Assembly: GCA_009694965.1 (NCBI GenBank) | Contig: SIBV01000001.1 | Span: 1-63,755, forward strand | Length of the DNA: 63,755 nucleotides | Direction: 5' to 3' | Source of the DNA: Candidatus Zambryskiibacteriota bacterium | Lineage (GTDB): Bacteria; Patescibacteriota; Minisyncoccia; Phycocordibacterales; DATDWN01 | Part shown: positions 25,874 through 33,737 of the stretch, piece by piece | Layout: every line of letters begins with the position of its first letter | Position numbering within the stretch: the first letter of the stretch is position 1 | Notes under the pieces: model-generated | What the model was told of the DNA's origin: nothing | Databases searched by the model: none | What the model saw: the letters and a program-made list of their open reading frames with translations, nothing else | Program-made: the position numbers and the translations under genes

Positions 25874-26221
25874 ATGACAAAATACACACTAGATGCAGAG
25901 AACAAGAGAATCGGACGAGTAGCAACCCTTGCTGCTGTGTATTTGATGGGCAAAAATCTAGCTGTTTATACAAAGAATAAAATTCCTGATATTACAGTGG
26001 AAATCAAGAATACCTCAAAAGCTCTCGTTGATGACAATAAGAAAGCGCAAAAGACCTATAGCAGATATTCTGGTTACCCAGGAGGCCTAAAGCAACCTAC
26101 AATGGAACAGGTTATAGCAAAAAAAGGGTATTCAGAAATCTTTAAAAATGCTGTTTCAGGGATGCTTCCAAAGAACAAGCTTCGACAGAAGATGATGAAT
26201 AACCTTATTCTTTCAGAATAG
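25874..26221 (+). CDS. rplM: 50S ribosomal protein L13 (compact, 115 aa)
   Basis: In-frame ATG 25874 gives MTKYTLDAENKRIGRVATLAAVYLMGKN...; the ORF-track start 25742 would overlap rplQ. Confidence 0.9.
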   Translation: MTKYTLDAENKRIGRVATLAAVYLMGKNLAVYTKNKIPDITVEIKNTSKALVDDNKKAQKTYSRYSGYPGGLKQPTMEQVIAKKGYSEIFKNAVSGMLPKNKLRQKMMNNLILSE

Positions 26222-26222
26222 G

Positions 26223-26290
26223 AATTTAAAATTTAAAATTTAGACTTTAAAATTAATTCTAATTTTAAATTCTAAATTTTAAATTAAAAC
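26223..26290. repeat. family H word-hairpin, copy H2
   Basis: AATTTAAAATTTAAAATTTAGACTTTAAAATTAATTCTAATTTTAAATTCTAAATTTTAAATT (arms complementary). Confidence 0.75.
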
Positions 26291-26294
26291 CAAA

Positions 26295-26729
26295 ATGGAA
26301 CCAAAAACTAAAAAAAAAGGAAAAGGAAAAGATTTGCATCATGATCGTTACATAGAAACTGTGGGACGAAGAAAAACTTCAGTTGCGCGTGTTCGAATCA
26401 CAGAAGCAACAAAGACTACTTTTTTAATAAACGAGGACAAAGACCTAGAAGCTTATTTTCCAACTAGAGAAATGCACACTATTGTAAAACAGCCTTTTGC
26501 TGATATGGTGGAAAAGTTCAAGGTTACAGCTCACATAAACGGTGGAGGAATCCACTCACAAGCAGAAGCTCTAAGACACGGAATCGCACGAGGTTTGGTA
26601 GAATTCAGAGCAGAACTTAGAAAAACTTTGAAAAAAGCAGGATACCTAAAAAGAGATCCTCGCGCAAAAGAAAGAAGAAAGTTCGGTCTCAAAAAAGCGA
26701 GAAAAGCACCACAATGGTCAAAACGATAG
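26295..26729 (+). CDS. rpsI: 30S ribosomal protein S9
   Basis: ...YIETVGRRKTSVARVRI...GGGIHSQAEALRHGIARGL...KAPQWSKR. Confidence 0.95.
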   Translation: MEPKTKKKGKGKDLHHDRYIETVGRRKTSVARVRITEATKTTFLINEDKDLEAYFPTREMHTIVKQPFADMVEKFKVTAHINGGGIHSQAEALRHGIARGLVEFRAELRKTLKKAGYLKRDPRAKERRKFGLKKARKAPQWSKR

Positions 26730-26734
26730 AAAAC

Positions 26735-26760
26735 AGCCGGCCTGCGCCGGCTTTTTCTTT
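26735..26760. terminator. bidirectional intrinsic terminator
   Basis: AGCCGGC-CTGC-GCCGGCT followed by TTTTCTTT; preceded by AAAAC. Confidence 0.85.
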
Positions 26761-26811
26761 ACGCTTCGAAAACGGAGCTATGTTTTGTTAGCAAACAAAA
26801 CCAACGAGTCG

Positions 26812-26908
26812 GGGTGAGAAATGATGGGCATCACTTCGCAAGACCTTGCCTGATTTTTTCAGAATGAAATGAATGAAAAAGTCGACAAAATGTACTGTTC
26901 CTGTAAGG
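26812..26908 (-). repeat. family B structured repeat, copy B3 (inverted, with enlarged first hairpin)
   Basis: Reverse complement reads CCTTACAGGAACAGTACATTTTGTCGAC...CTGAAAAAATCAGGCAAGGTCTTGCGAAGTGATGCCCATCATTTCTCACCCC. Confidence 0.75.
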
Positions 26909-27009
26909 AAGAGAGAATTTGCTAGCGACGGCGAATAAAATATCCGTGACAAACGATAGAAAATCTCTTCCCAGAAGCGAAGCGTGCCACATTGGAGTAA
27001 ACTTTAATC

Positions 27010-27171
27010 ACACAATCTCTTTCTTACCAAAACCTTTTCAGAGACACAAAACCTGCCAGCGACGGTTTTGTTCTAGTCCTCGGTCGCAACTTGTCAAGAA
27101 AGGGTGCCTTGACGAGACCAGCTTGCGACCTGTGGATGCTCTGAAAAGGTTTTGGTTCGACGAGATTGTGT
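27010..27171 (+). ncRNA. candidate structured RNA N1 (three-way junction closed by a 28-bp interrupted helix); class unknown
   Basis: 27010-27019 pairs 27162-27171; 27026-27043 pairs 27139-27156 (18 bp perfect); inner hairpins 27046-27053/27064-27071 and 27082-27089/27123-27130 with 27090-27098/27108-27116; strand uncertain. Confidence 0.5.
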
Positions 27172-27187
27172 TAAGTGCCATCTTTAA

Positions 27188-27226
27188 TTTACTACAGTAT
27201 ATTGTAGTAGATTAGTATTTTTTCAA
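27188..27226 (+). terminator. hairpin plus T-run after candidate RNA N1
   Basis: TTTACTACA (27188-27196) pairs with TGTAGTAGA (27203-27211); T-run 27218-27223 after a short spacer. Confidence 0.4.
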
Positions 27227-27296
27227 GCATTCCTCCCTAATCAACAATAACAGATGTGTTTGTCAACAATTTTGAACCTCTTAATTTTTATGTTAA

Positions 27297-27431
27297 ACCC
27301 GCACACCAACTTTACTATAGTTTTTATACTCTGACTTACTGTAATTTCTTTATGTAAATTATGGCAAAAATGTTATAATAGTGATAATATCTTCTTGAAA
27401 AACAGAGTGATAGTAAAGTTGGTGTGCGGGT
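27297..27431 (+). mobile_element. family C MITE-like palindromic element, copy C1 (upstream of grpE)
   Basis: ACCCGCACACCAACTTTACTAT... and ...ATAGTAAAGTTGGTGTGCGGGT terminal inverted repeats; 135 nt. Confidence 0.8.
27371..27379 (+). promoter_or_regulatory. extended -10 box (TGTTATAAT) inside C1 facing grpE
   Basis: TGnTATAAT match about 66 nt upstream of the grpE ATG. Confidence 0.4.
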
Positions 27432-27444
27432 AAAATAGCTAAAT

Positions 27445-28032
27445 ATGACAAACGACGAAAATAAAATCATTGAAGAAGAAATAGATACTGACCCAGGGGA
27501 TGACGTGGTTTTTGAAGATGCTTCAGAAAATTTGGCTCCTGAGATCAAAGACCGTACCGATAAACTAAAGGCTCGGATTAAGGAGTTGGAAAAGAAAAAT
27601 GCAGAACTTCTAGACTCATGGCAGAGAGACAAGGCGGATTTTGTAAATAGTCGAAAGCGAGATGAAGAACAAAAAAGAGAATTCTTAAAGTTTGCCAAGG
27701 CAGATACTATCGCGGAAATTATACCTGTATTGGATTCTTTTGAATCCGCATTTAAAAATAAGGAATCTTGGGAAAAAGTAGATAAAAACTGGAGAGTGGG
27801 TGTTGAATATATTCAGTCTCAGCTTATGACAGCATTAAACAATCACGGACTCTCTGCTATTAACCCCTTAGGTCAACAGTTTGATTCAAAACGGGACGAA
27901 GCAGTAGAAAATATTAAAGTTGACTTAGAAAGCGATGATGGTAAAATACTGGAGGTTGTGCAGGTAGGATATGAACTAAACGGTAAGGAGATACGCCCAC
28001 CTAAGGTAAAAATAGGACATTATAGTAATTAA
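27445..28032 (+). CDS. grpE: nucleotide exchange factor GrpE
   Basis: Coiled N-terminus; ...LDSWQRDKADFVNSRKRDEEQ...IIPVLDSFESA...; precedes dnaK. Confidence 0.9.
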   Translation: MTNDENKIIEEEIDTDPGDDVVFEDASENLAPEIKDRTDKLKARIKELEKKNAELLDSWQRDKADFVNSRKRDEEQKREFLKFAKADTIAEIIPVLDSFESAFKNKESWEKVDKNWRVGVEYIQSQLMTALNNHGLSAINPLGQQFDSKRDEAVENIKVDLESDDGKILEVVQVGYELNGKEIRPPKVKIGHYSN

Positions 28033-28033
28033 G

Positions 28034-28119
28034 AATACGAATATGAATTCACGGAACCTACAAATGAGTTCGAATTTAATTCGTAAACATTCGTAACTGT
28101 ATTTAGATTCTATTCGTAC
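28034..28119 (+). repeat. family A-like word-hairpin, copy A4 (degenerate)
   Basis: AATACGAATATGAATTCACGGAACCTACAAATGAGTTCGAATTTAATTCGTAAACATTCGTAACTG...TATTCGTAC. Confidence 0.55.
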
Positions 28120-28132
28120 TCTATAAAGATTT

Positions 28133-28432
28133 ATGCAAATAATTCAATCAAAAGGGAATATTGTAGAAAAAGTCATCCGAGATAAGGACGGAAAGTTAAT
28201 CCGTGCTCGATTTTTTGTATTTGAAAACAACGGCAGAATCAAGGCTCGTCTGATGGATTTTGTATATCTGACCGAACAAGCAGTTATTGGTTGTGTAAAC
28301 TTTCTTTTGTCAGGAATTGCTAAGGCAAAGCAAGTTTTCCAAAAAGTAATTTTCTCTGTTTCTTATACTTCTCCATTTACTAAAACCAATCTTTACTTTT
28401 CCGGTTCTAAGCCTAGAGCACCAACTTTGTAA
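28133..28432 (+). CDS. hypothetical protein (99 aa) between grpE and dnaK
   Basis: ORF track only; N-terminal half looks protein-like, C-terminal half low complexity. Confidence 0.4.
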   Translation: MQIIQSKGNIVEKVIRDKDGKLIRARFFVFENNGRIKARLMDFVYLTEQAVIGCVNFLLSGIAKAKQVFQKVIFSVSYTSPFTKTNLYFSGSKPRAPTL

Positions 28433-28694
28433 CGAAGTCCCGTAGTGAGCTTTGCTCTACTACTGGGATAAGAGAAACCGCCGAGTGCCTTGATTGGCGG
28501 TACTCGACGGTGTTACTTGCGTTTAGTCTTCTTTTTTGGACGGAGCTCGAGTGTCTCAGACGGATGTAGTTTGACCCATCATCCTCGACCTTCATCACCT
28601 TGATGTCGGCAGCTGCAACTTCCCGAAGAATGCCAGCGTCCCTCAGTTGAGTCGAGATGAGCGTGAGTTGATTCACGCCACGACGTACGATCAT
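28413..28694 (-). CDS. G+C-richer orphan ORF; N-terminus resembles an AbrB/MazE-type swapped-hairpin domain
   Basis: GGAGGG Shine-Dalgarno 6 nt upstream of ATG 28694; MIVRRGVNQLTLISTQLRDAGILREVAAADIKVMKVEDDGSNYIRL; frame reads through a terminator hairpin, so the 3' end is doubtful. Confidence 0.45.
   Translation of the reverse strand: MIVRRGVNQLTLISTQLRDAGILREVAAADIKVMKVEDDGSNYIRLRHSSSVQKRRLNASNTVEYRQSRHSAVSLIPVVEQSSLRDFVTKLVL
28438..28467 (-). repeat. family D REP-like hairpin, short form, copy D3
   Basis: TCCCGTAGTGAGCTTTGCTCTACTACTGGG. Confidence 0.75.
28466..28501 (-). terminator. intrinsic terminator for the minus-strand orphan ORF
   Basis: ACCGCC (28477-28482) pairs with GGCGGT (28496-28501); on the minus strand followed by TTTCTCTTATC. 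Confidence 0.55.
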
Positions 28695-28902
28695 AGGATC
28701 CCTCCAAAGAACATCGTATCATAAATTATTAGATTGTCAATTATTAACTTTAATATAACCACACGCTTGCAGTTTTGAGTAAAGTTCGAGGCGAAAGTAT
28801 TGAGAGAATCCGAGGTGTATCGAGTATACAGTGAGGATTGTCGAGATGCTTTCAACAAAGAAATTTGCCAAAAATGAAAGCTCTGTAAAATAACAAACTA
28901 CC

Positions 28903-30789
28903 ATGAGTAAAACAATTGGAATCGACTTGGGAACAACAAACTCCGCAGTCGCTATTATGGAAGCGGGTAAACCGAAAATATTGGAAAATGCAGAAGGTGC
29001 GAGAACTACACCTTCTATTGTTGCAGTGTCTAAAACTGGTGAAAGACTTGTGGGGCTCCTTGCAAAACGACAAGCAGTTACCAATCCAAAGAATACAGTC
29101 TTTGGAATCAAGAGATTCATTGGTCACACCATGGACGATGAGGCCGTTCAGAAAGACAAAGCGATTGTGCCTTTTGAGATGTCGAAATCTCCGACTGGTG
29201 GAGTCCGAGTAAAAATGGGTGATAAGGATTATTCTCCAGAGGAATTGTCTGCGATGATTCTTTCAAAAATGAAAGCAGATGCAGAGGCGAAAATTGGGGA
29301 GAAAGTAACGGACGCTATCATCACTGTGCCCGCATACTTTAACGATGCACAGAGACAAGCCACAAAAGATGCTGGAGCAATCGCGGGATTGAATGTCTTG
29401 AGAATCATAAACGAGCCGACAGCAGCGGCTCTAGCATACGGATTCGATAAAGGTAAGAAAGAAGAAAAAATTGTTGTCTTCGACTTTGGAGGAGGAACAT
29501 TCGACGTTTCTGTATTGGAGGTAGGGGATTCTGTGATTGAAGTTAAATCTACAGATGGAGACTCACACCTTGGTGGAAAAGATATTGATCAGAAAATTAT
29601 AAACTTTCTTGCTGATGAATTTAAAAAGGAATCAGGTATTGATTTACGAAAAGATACTCTAGCGCTACAAAGACTAGATGAAGCGGCAGAAAAAGCAAAA
29701 ATTGAACTTTCAACAGCGATGGAATCAGAAGTAAATATTCCATTTATTACATCCGACTCATCTGGTCCAAGACACTTACTAATCAAAATCACTCGAGCAA
29801 AATTAGAAGAACTAACTTCAGAGTTTATTGACCGTGCGATGGCTATTACCAAGAGAGCGATGGAAGCATCAGGTTTCTCAACCTCACAGATAAATGAAGT
29901 TATCCTAGTTGGAGGTCAGACTCGTATGCCAAAGATGGCTGAAAAAGTGAAGGAATACTTTGGAAAGGAGCCAAACAAATCTATAAATCCGGACGAAGTG
30001 GTGGCTCTCGGAGCGGCTATCCAGGGCGGTATTCTCTCAGGGGACGTAAAGGATGTCCTTTTACTCGACGTAATACCATTGTCGCTCGGTATAGAGACAA
30101 TGGGAGGGGTTGCTACAAAGCTTGTAGAAAGAAATACTACGATTCCTGCCTCTAGATCACAAACTTTCTCAACAGCAGCCGATAATCAGACGTCCGTTGA
30201 GATTCATATTGTTCAGGGTGAAAGAGCAATGGCGAGCGACAACAAGTCATTGGGACGGTTTATTCTCGATGGTATTCCGCCTTCGCCTCGGGGTATGCCA
30301 CAAATCGAAGTGATGTTTGATGTGGATGCAAACGGAATTCTCTCTGTAAAGGCGAAGGACAAGGCTACTAGCAAAGAACAGTCTATCCGAATCGAGGCTC
30401 GCTCTAGTCTTTCAAAAGAAGAGATTGAAAAAATGCAAAAAGACGCAGAAGTTCACGCTGTGGATGACGCAAAAAAGAAAGATGTGATTGAGGCAAAAAA
30501 TATCGCTGAGCAACTGATCTACACTGCAGAAAAGTCTCTTCGAGATGCCGGTGAAAAAGTGCCAGCAGAACTGCGAACTGTAATTGAAAACAAAATCACA
30601 GACGCCAAGAAAGCAAAGGATGGAGACGACATGGAACAAATAAAAAAGACAACGACTGAGCTTTCAACTGAACTGCAAAAAATTGGGGAGATAATGAATA
30701 AAGCCTCGCAAGAAGCACCAAAAACGGCTGAGGCGGAAGCTACAACTGAAGAAAAAGTTCACGAGGCAGATTTTGAGGAAAAGAAGTAG
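28903..30789 (+). CDS. dnaK: molecular chaperone DnaK (Hsp70)
   Basis: [31 protein letters not shown] signatures. Confidence 0.97.
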   Translation: MSKTIGIDLGTTNSAVAIMEAGKPKILENAEGARTTPSIVAVSKTGERLVGLLAKRQAVTNPKNTVFGIKRFIGHTMDDEAVQKDKAIVPFEMSKSPTGGVRVKMGDKDYSPEELSAMILSKMKADAEAKIGEKVTDAIITVPAYFNDAQRQATKDAGAIAGLNVLRIINEPTAAALAYGFDKGKKEEKIVVFDFGGGTFDVSVLEVGDSVIEVKSTDGDSHLGGKDIDQKIINFLADEFKKESGIDLRKDTLALQRLDEAAEKAKIELSTAMESEVNIPFITSDSSGPRHLLIKITRAKLEELTSEFIDRAMAITKRAMEASGFSTSQINEVILVGGQTRMPKMAEKVKEYFGKEPNKSINPDEVVALGAAIQGGILSGDVKDVLLLDVIPLSLGIETMGGVATKLVERNTTIPASRSQTFSTAADNQTSVEIHIVQGERAMASDNKSLGRFILDGIPPSPRGMPQIEVMFDVDANGILSVKAKDKATSKEQSIRIEARSSLSKEEIEKMQKDAEVHAVDDAKKKDVIEAKNIAEQLIYTAEKSLRDAGEKVPAELRTVIENKITDAKKAKDGDDMEQIKKTTTELSTELQKIGEIMNKASQEAPKTAEAEATTEEKVHEADFEEKK

Positions 30790-30844
30790 AAGTTTATATA
30801 ATTTACCAGGACGCGTATAAATCACAGGTGTGATTTTACTATCT

Positions 30845-30924
30845 CTTACAGAGACTGTACACTTTTCACATTTTGATTACAAAACGCCCAAAGTCTTACG
30901 AAGTGATAAAATCACTTCTCACTC
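30845..30924 (+). repeat. family B structured repeat, copy B4
   Basis: CTTACAGAGACTGTACACTTTTCACATTTTGATTACAAAACGCCCAAAGTCTTACGAAGTGATAAAATCACTTCTCACTC. Confidence 0.85.
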
Positions 30925-31050
30925 GGAAATCAAGAAGACAATCTCATAGACACATAGCCTTCTCGCAAACTCGTTTCGCTCAAACAAATTAACACATATA
31001 GCACCTCTCGTCAAGTGTTATAAAATTGAAAAATCCTTATAATGAGGTTA

Positions 31051-31100
31051 ATTATTCGTAGCCATTCGTAGATTCGCATCATTTGCATATTCGTATATTT
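31051..31100 (+). repeat. family A half-element (3' arm only), copy A5
   Basis: ATTATTCGTAGCCATTCGTAGATTCGCATCATTTGCATATTCGTATATTT abutting the dnaJ ATG. Confidence 0.7.
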
Positions 31101-32177
31101 ATGTCTAAAGACTATTACAACTTGCTCGGGGTGGACAAAAAAGCCTCAAAAGACGACATCAAGAAGGCTTTTAGAACACTTGCTCATAAATACCATCCAG
31201 ACAAAAAAACTGGCGATGATGCTAGGTTCAAAGAGATTAACGAGGCTTATTCAATCCTTTCTGATGATCAGAAGCGCGCTCAATACGATCAGTTCGGACA
31301 AGGGGGTCAACAAGGCTTCGGAGGTCAACAAAGTGGAGGCTTTGGCGATTTTGATTTTTCACAATTCACTCAAGGTGGAACTGGAAACGGTTTTGAGTTT
31401 GATTTCGGAGACATCTTCGGTGATGTGTTTGGTGGAGGTAGACGATCACAAGCAAAAAGAGGTAGGGATATCTCTATTGACCAAGAGCTTTCGTTTGAAG
31501 AATCTATTTTTGGAATCGAACGAACTGTTCTTCTAAACAAAGTTTCTAAATGTGATGTATGTTCTGGAAGTGGAACGGAAAAAGGTAGCGAACTCATAAC
31601 ATGTTCAATATGTAACGGAAAGGGAAATCTTCGCGAAGTAAAGCGAACTTTCTTCGGCCAATTTGAAACAAACACCACTTGCGAAACTTGTCAGGGTGCT
31701 GGAAAAGTTCCAAAGATAAAATGTTCTGCGTGCTATGGAAAAGGTATTCTAAAAAAGGAATCGGAAATAAAAGTGAAGATTCCTGCTGGTATTGAAAACG
31801 GGGAGATGATTCGGCTCAGTGGAGGAGGGGAGGCGATTGTCGGTGGAACAACAGGGGATTTGTATATAAAAATATATGTGAAAAAGCACTCTATCTTCAG
31901 AAAGGATGGAAACAATCTAATAATGGACTTGGGAGTCAAATTGTCCGACGCAATTTTGGGCGGAGAAGTTAATCTCAAAACCCTGGACGGTGATATCAAA
32001 GTCAGAGTTCCAGAAGGAGTAAACCATGGCGAAATTCTAAGAATAAAAGGCAAAGGAGTACCGGTTGATAAAAATCATAGAGGAGATATTCTGATAAAAA
32101 TAAATCTTGCAGTTCCAAAAAAACTTTCCAAAGAAGCGAGAAAGGCAATTGAAATTCTAAAACAAGAAGGATTCTAA
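31101..32177 (+). CDS. dnaJ: molecular chaperone DnaJ
   Basis: MSKDYYNLLGV...HPDK J-domain, G/F-rich region, four CxxCxGxG zinc-finger repeats; ATG 31101 preferred over track start 31083. Confidence 0.95.
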   Translation: MSKDYYNLLGVDKKASKDDIKKAFRTLAHKYHPDKKTGDDARFKEINEAYSILSDDQKRAQYDQFGQGGQQGFGGQQSGGFGDFDFSQFTQGGTGNGFEFDFGDIFGDVFGGGRRSQAKRGRDISIDQELSFEESIFGIERTVLLNKVSKCDVCSGSGTEKGSELITCSICNGKGNLREVKRTFFGQFETNTTCETCQGAGKVPKIKCSACYGKGILKKESEIKVKIPAGIENGEMIRLSGGGEAIVGGTTGDLYIKIYVKKHSIFRKDGNNLIMDLGVKLSDAILGGEVNLKTLDGDIKVRVPEGVNHGEILRIKGKGVPVDKNHRGDILIKINLAVPKKLSKEARKAIEILKQEGF

Positions 32178-32230
32178 TCGTTACTGAAAATTATCCTTCG
32201 ACGAACTCAGGATGGTGAGCGAAGTCGAAC

Positions 32231-32258
32231 CAGAAATTGAAAATTGAAAATTGTTCTG
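32231..32258 (+). repeat. family G word repeat, copy G2
   Basis: CAGAAATTGAAAATTGAAAATTGTTCTG; shares GAAATTGAAAATT.GAAA.TTGTTCT with the G1 3' arm. Confidence 0.7.
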
Positions 32259-32271
32259 TTACAATTATCCT

Positions 32272-32772
32272 ATGTCCTCTACAACTTCTATTGTTTCCAA
32301 AATTTCCCAGTTTTTAACTGGAGATATTATTTTTCTTCTGGCTCTGTTTGCGGTTTTGTTTGTTCTGACTATGTATCTAGGGAAGGGAAGACTGGTTTCG
32401 GTAATTCTCGCTTTTTATGCTGCAACCATCCTATACAAATCTTTTCCATACATGGAAAAACTTCTTGTGGCAACAGGGGAGAAACCTCTCTTGTTTAACA
32501 AACTTGGAGTATTCTTAGTTTTTCTTGTGCTGATTTATCTTGCCATTAACAAATTTATTTCTCATTATGCCGAATATGGTCCTGGCGAAGGCGCGCTCAG
32601 AACAGGGGGATTTGTCCTAGCAATGCTTATTGTTTTAATTGTCTTTTCATACACAACCATTAGTTTAGACCCGCTTCACAACTTCGGAAGCCAAATAGAT
32701 GCTATTTTCGGCACTGAAGCCAGACTTTTCTGGTGGAGTTTGGCTCCTCTAGTACTTTTAGGGTTTTTGTAA
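32272..32772 (+). CDS. hypothetical multi-pass membrane protein
   Basis: Four hydrophobic helices; ATG 32272 (MSSTTSIVSK) preferred over TTG 32251. Confidence 0.55.
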   Translation: MSSTTSIVSKISQFLTGDIIFLLALFAVLFVLTMYLGKGRLVSVILAFYAATILYKSFPYMEKLLVATGEKPLLFNKLGVFLVFLVLIYLAINKFISHYAEYGPGEGALRTGGFVLAMLIVLIVFSYTTISLDPLHNFGSQIDAIFGTEARLFWWSLAPLVLLGFL

Positions 32773-32783
32773 GGAAAACCTTG

Positions 32784-32818
32784 CCCATGTAGTAGAGCAA
32801 AGCTCACTACAGGGTTGA
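32784..32818 (+). repeat. family D REP-like hairpin, short form, copy D4
   Basis: CCCATGTAGTAGAGCAAAGCTCACTACAGGGTTGA. Confidence 0.8.
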
Positions 32819-32914
32819 TTTTTCCTATTTTTAGGGTTTGATATTTTTTGGTATAATACGGCTAATATAATAGCTTTTTTTCTATTTACACAGGCACTAT
32901 TTCGTTGTATTTGA

Positions 32915-32943
32915 TTGACAAGAAGGTCTAAATATGATAGTAT
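32915..32943 (+). promoter_or_regulatory. sigma-70-like promoter (TTGACA-17 nt-TAGTAT)
   Basis: TTGACA 32915-32920, 17-nt spacer, TAGTAT 32938-32943. Confidence 0.5.
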
Positions 32944-32983
32944 ATTAGCAACTCAGATTTCCTGAGTTTTTCTGTTCCACCCA

Positions 32984-33107
32984 AGAAACTAATCAAATTG
33001 ACTTAGATACTAGGCGCAGAAGATTTTGTGATGAGCCTTATTCGATATAAGGTGAGCGAACAAAATTGAACTGCAACAACGTAGATGAGTTAATTTGGTT
33101 AGTTTCT
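32984..33107 (+). ncRNA. family E long hairpin with k-turn-like apex, copy E1 (5' of the SLT gene)
   Basis: 17-bp basal helix 32984-33000/33091-33107; inner ATTTTGT/ACAAAAT helix; apex GTGATGAG-CCTTAT-loop-ATAAGG-TGAGCGA. Confidence 0.55.
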
Positions 33108-33159
33108 CCCAGAATTACAATATAACAATAAAAATATTTTAAACTTTACTACTATTAGT

Positions 33160-33609
33160 TTGTTTATGGCACTTTCGTCTTTTACAGGAGTTCCGACTCC
33201 AGCAACTGTCACAGAAGTGCCAAAGGTTCCAACTCAACTGATTGAAACAAAGAAGACTCAACAAGAAATAGGAATCATAATGAGTACTGAGGAGTATGTG
33301 CGTGAATACTTCAAAGATATTCCAATTATGATCCAGGTTGCTCGTTGTGAATCTACCTTCAGACAATTGAGACAAAATGGAGAAGTTAATCGTGGACGAG
33401 TTAACAAAGCAGATGTTGGAGTGATGCAAATCAATGAATTTTATCACTTGGACACTGCTGAGAAAAACGACTTCGACATCTACACTATTAAAGGAAATAC
33501 TGCTTATGCTCGAGACTTATATATGAGACAGGGTACACAACCATGGTCCTCATCCAAGCCTTGTTGGGGTAAGTATGAAAACAAGGAACTAGCTCTTAAC
33601 TCAAAATAA
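33160..33609 (+). CDS. lytic transglycosylase (SLT domain) protein
   Basis: ARCESTF (catalytic Glu-Ser) and VGVMQINEFYH motifs. Confidence 0.7.
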   Translation: MFMALSSFTGVPTPATVTEVPKVPTQLIETKKTQQEIGIIMSTEEYVREYFKDIPIMIQVARCESTFRQLRQNGEVNRGRVNKADVGVMQINEFYHLDTAEKNDFDIYTIKGNTAYARDLYMRQGTQPWSSSKPCWGKYENKELALNSK

Positions 33610-33628
33610 TCACAAATTGATTACTAAC

Positions 33629-33658
33629 AAAAGCTCCCATTCGGGAGCTTTTGTTTTG
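33629..33658 (+). terminator. intrinsic terminator
   Basis: AAGCTCCC-ATTC-GGGAGCTT followed by TTGTTTTGT. Confidence 0.8.
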
Positions 33659-33737
33659 TCTTAATGGCAGTTATCTCTATTTAAATTTATATAAACAGAC
33701 TTGCACGGTGAACCTTGGTTTACTGTATAATTATGGG

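Noticed and set aside
26919-27215. 98-aa plus-strand ORF in the rpsI-grpE gap
   Set aside because: It has no ribosome-binding site and an odd Cys/Arg/Ser-rich composition. It is almost entirely covered by the long helices of candidate RNA N1, so the open frame is most simply a by-product of the G+C-richer structured sequence.
27010-27226. Retron msr-msd, TPP riboswitch or tmRNA as the identity of N1
   Set aside because: - Retron: no reverse transcriptase gene is anywhere in the window.
- TPP: short matches (CCAGCG, AGGGTGCC, CAGAGA) occur in the wrong order.
- tmRNA: only a GGTTCGAC-like word is present, with no GGGG 5' end, no tag ORF and no tRNA-like 3' end before grpE.
27297-27431. CIRCE/HrcA operator upstream of grpE (and dnaK)
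   Set aside because: The inverted repeat is ACCCGCACACCAA..., not TTAGCACTC-N9-GAGTGCTAA. The same element also sits at scpB and aspS, which are not heat-shock genes.
33651-33737. Upstream extension of dinB
   Set aside because: It starts inside the terminator of the preceding gene, and the conserved Pol IV N-terminus begins at ATG 33738.
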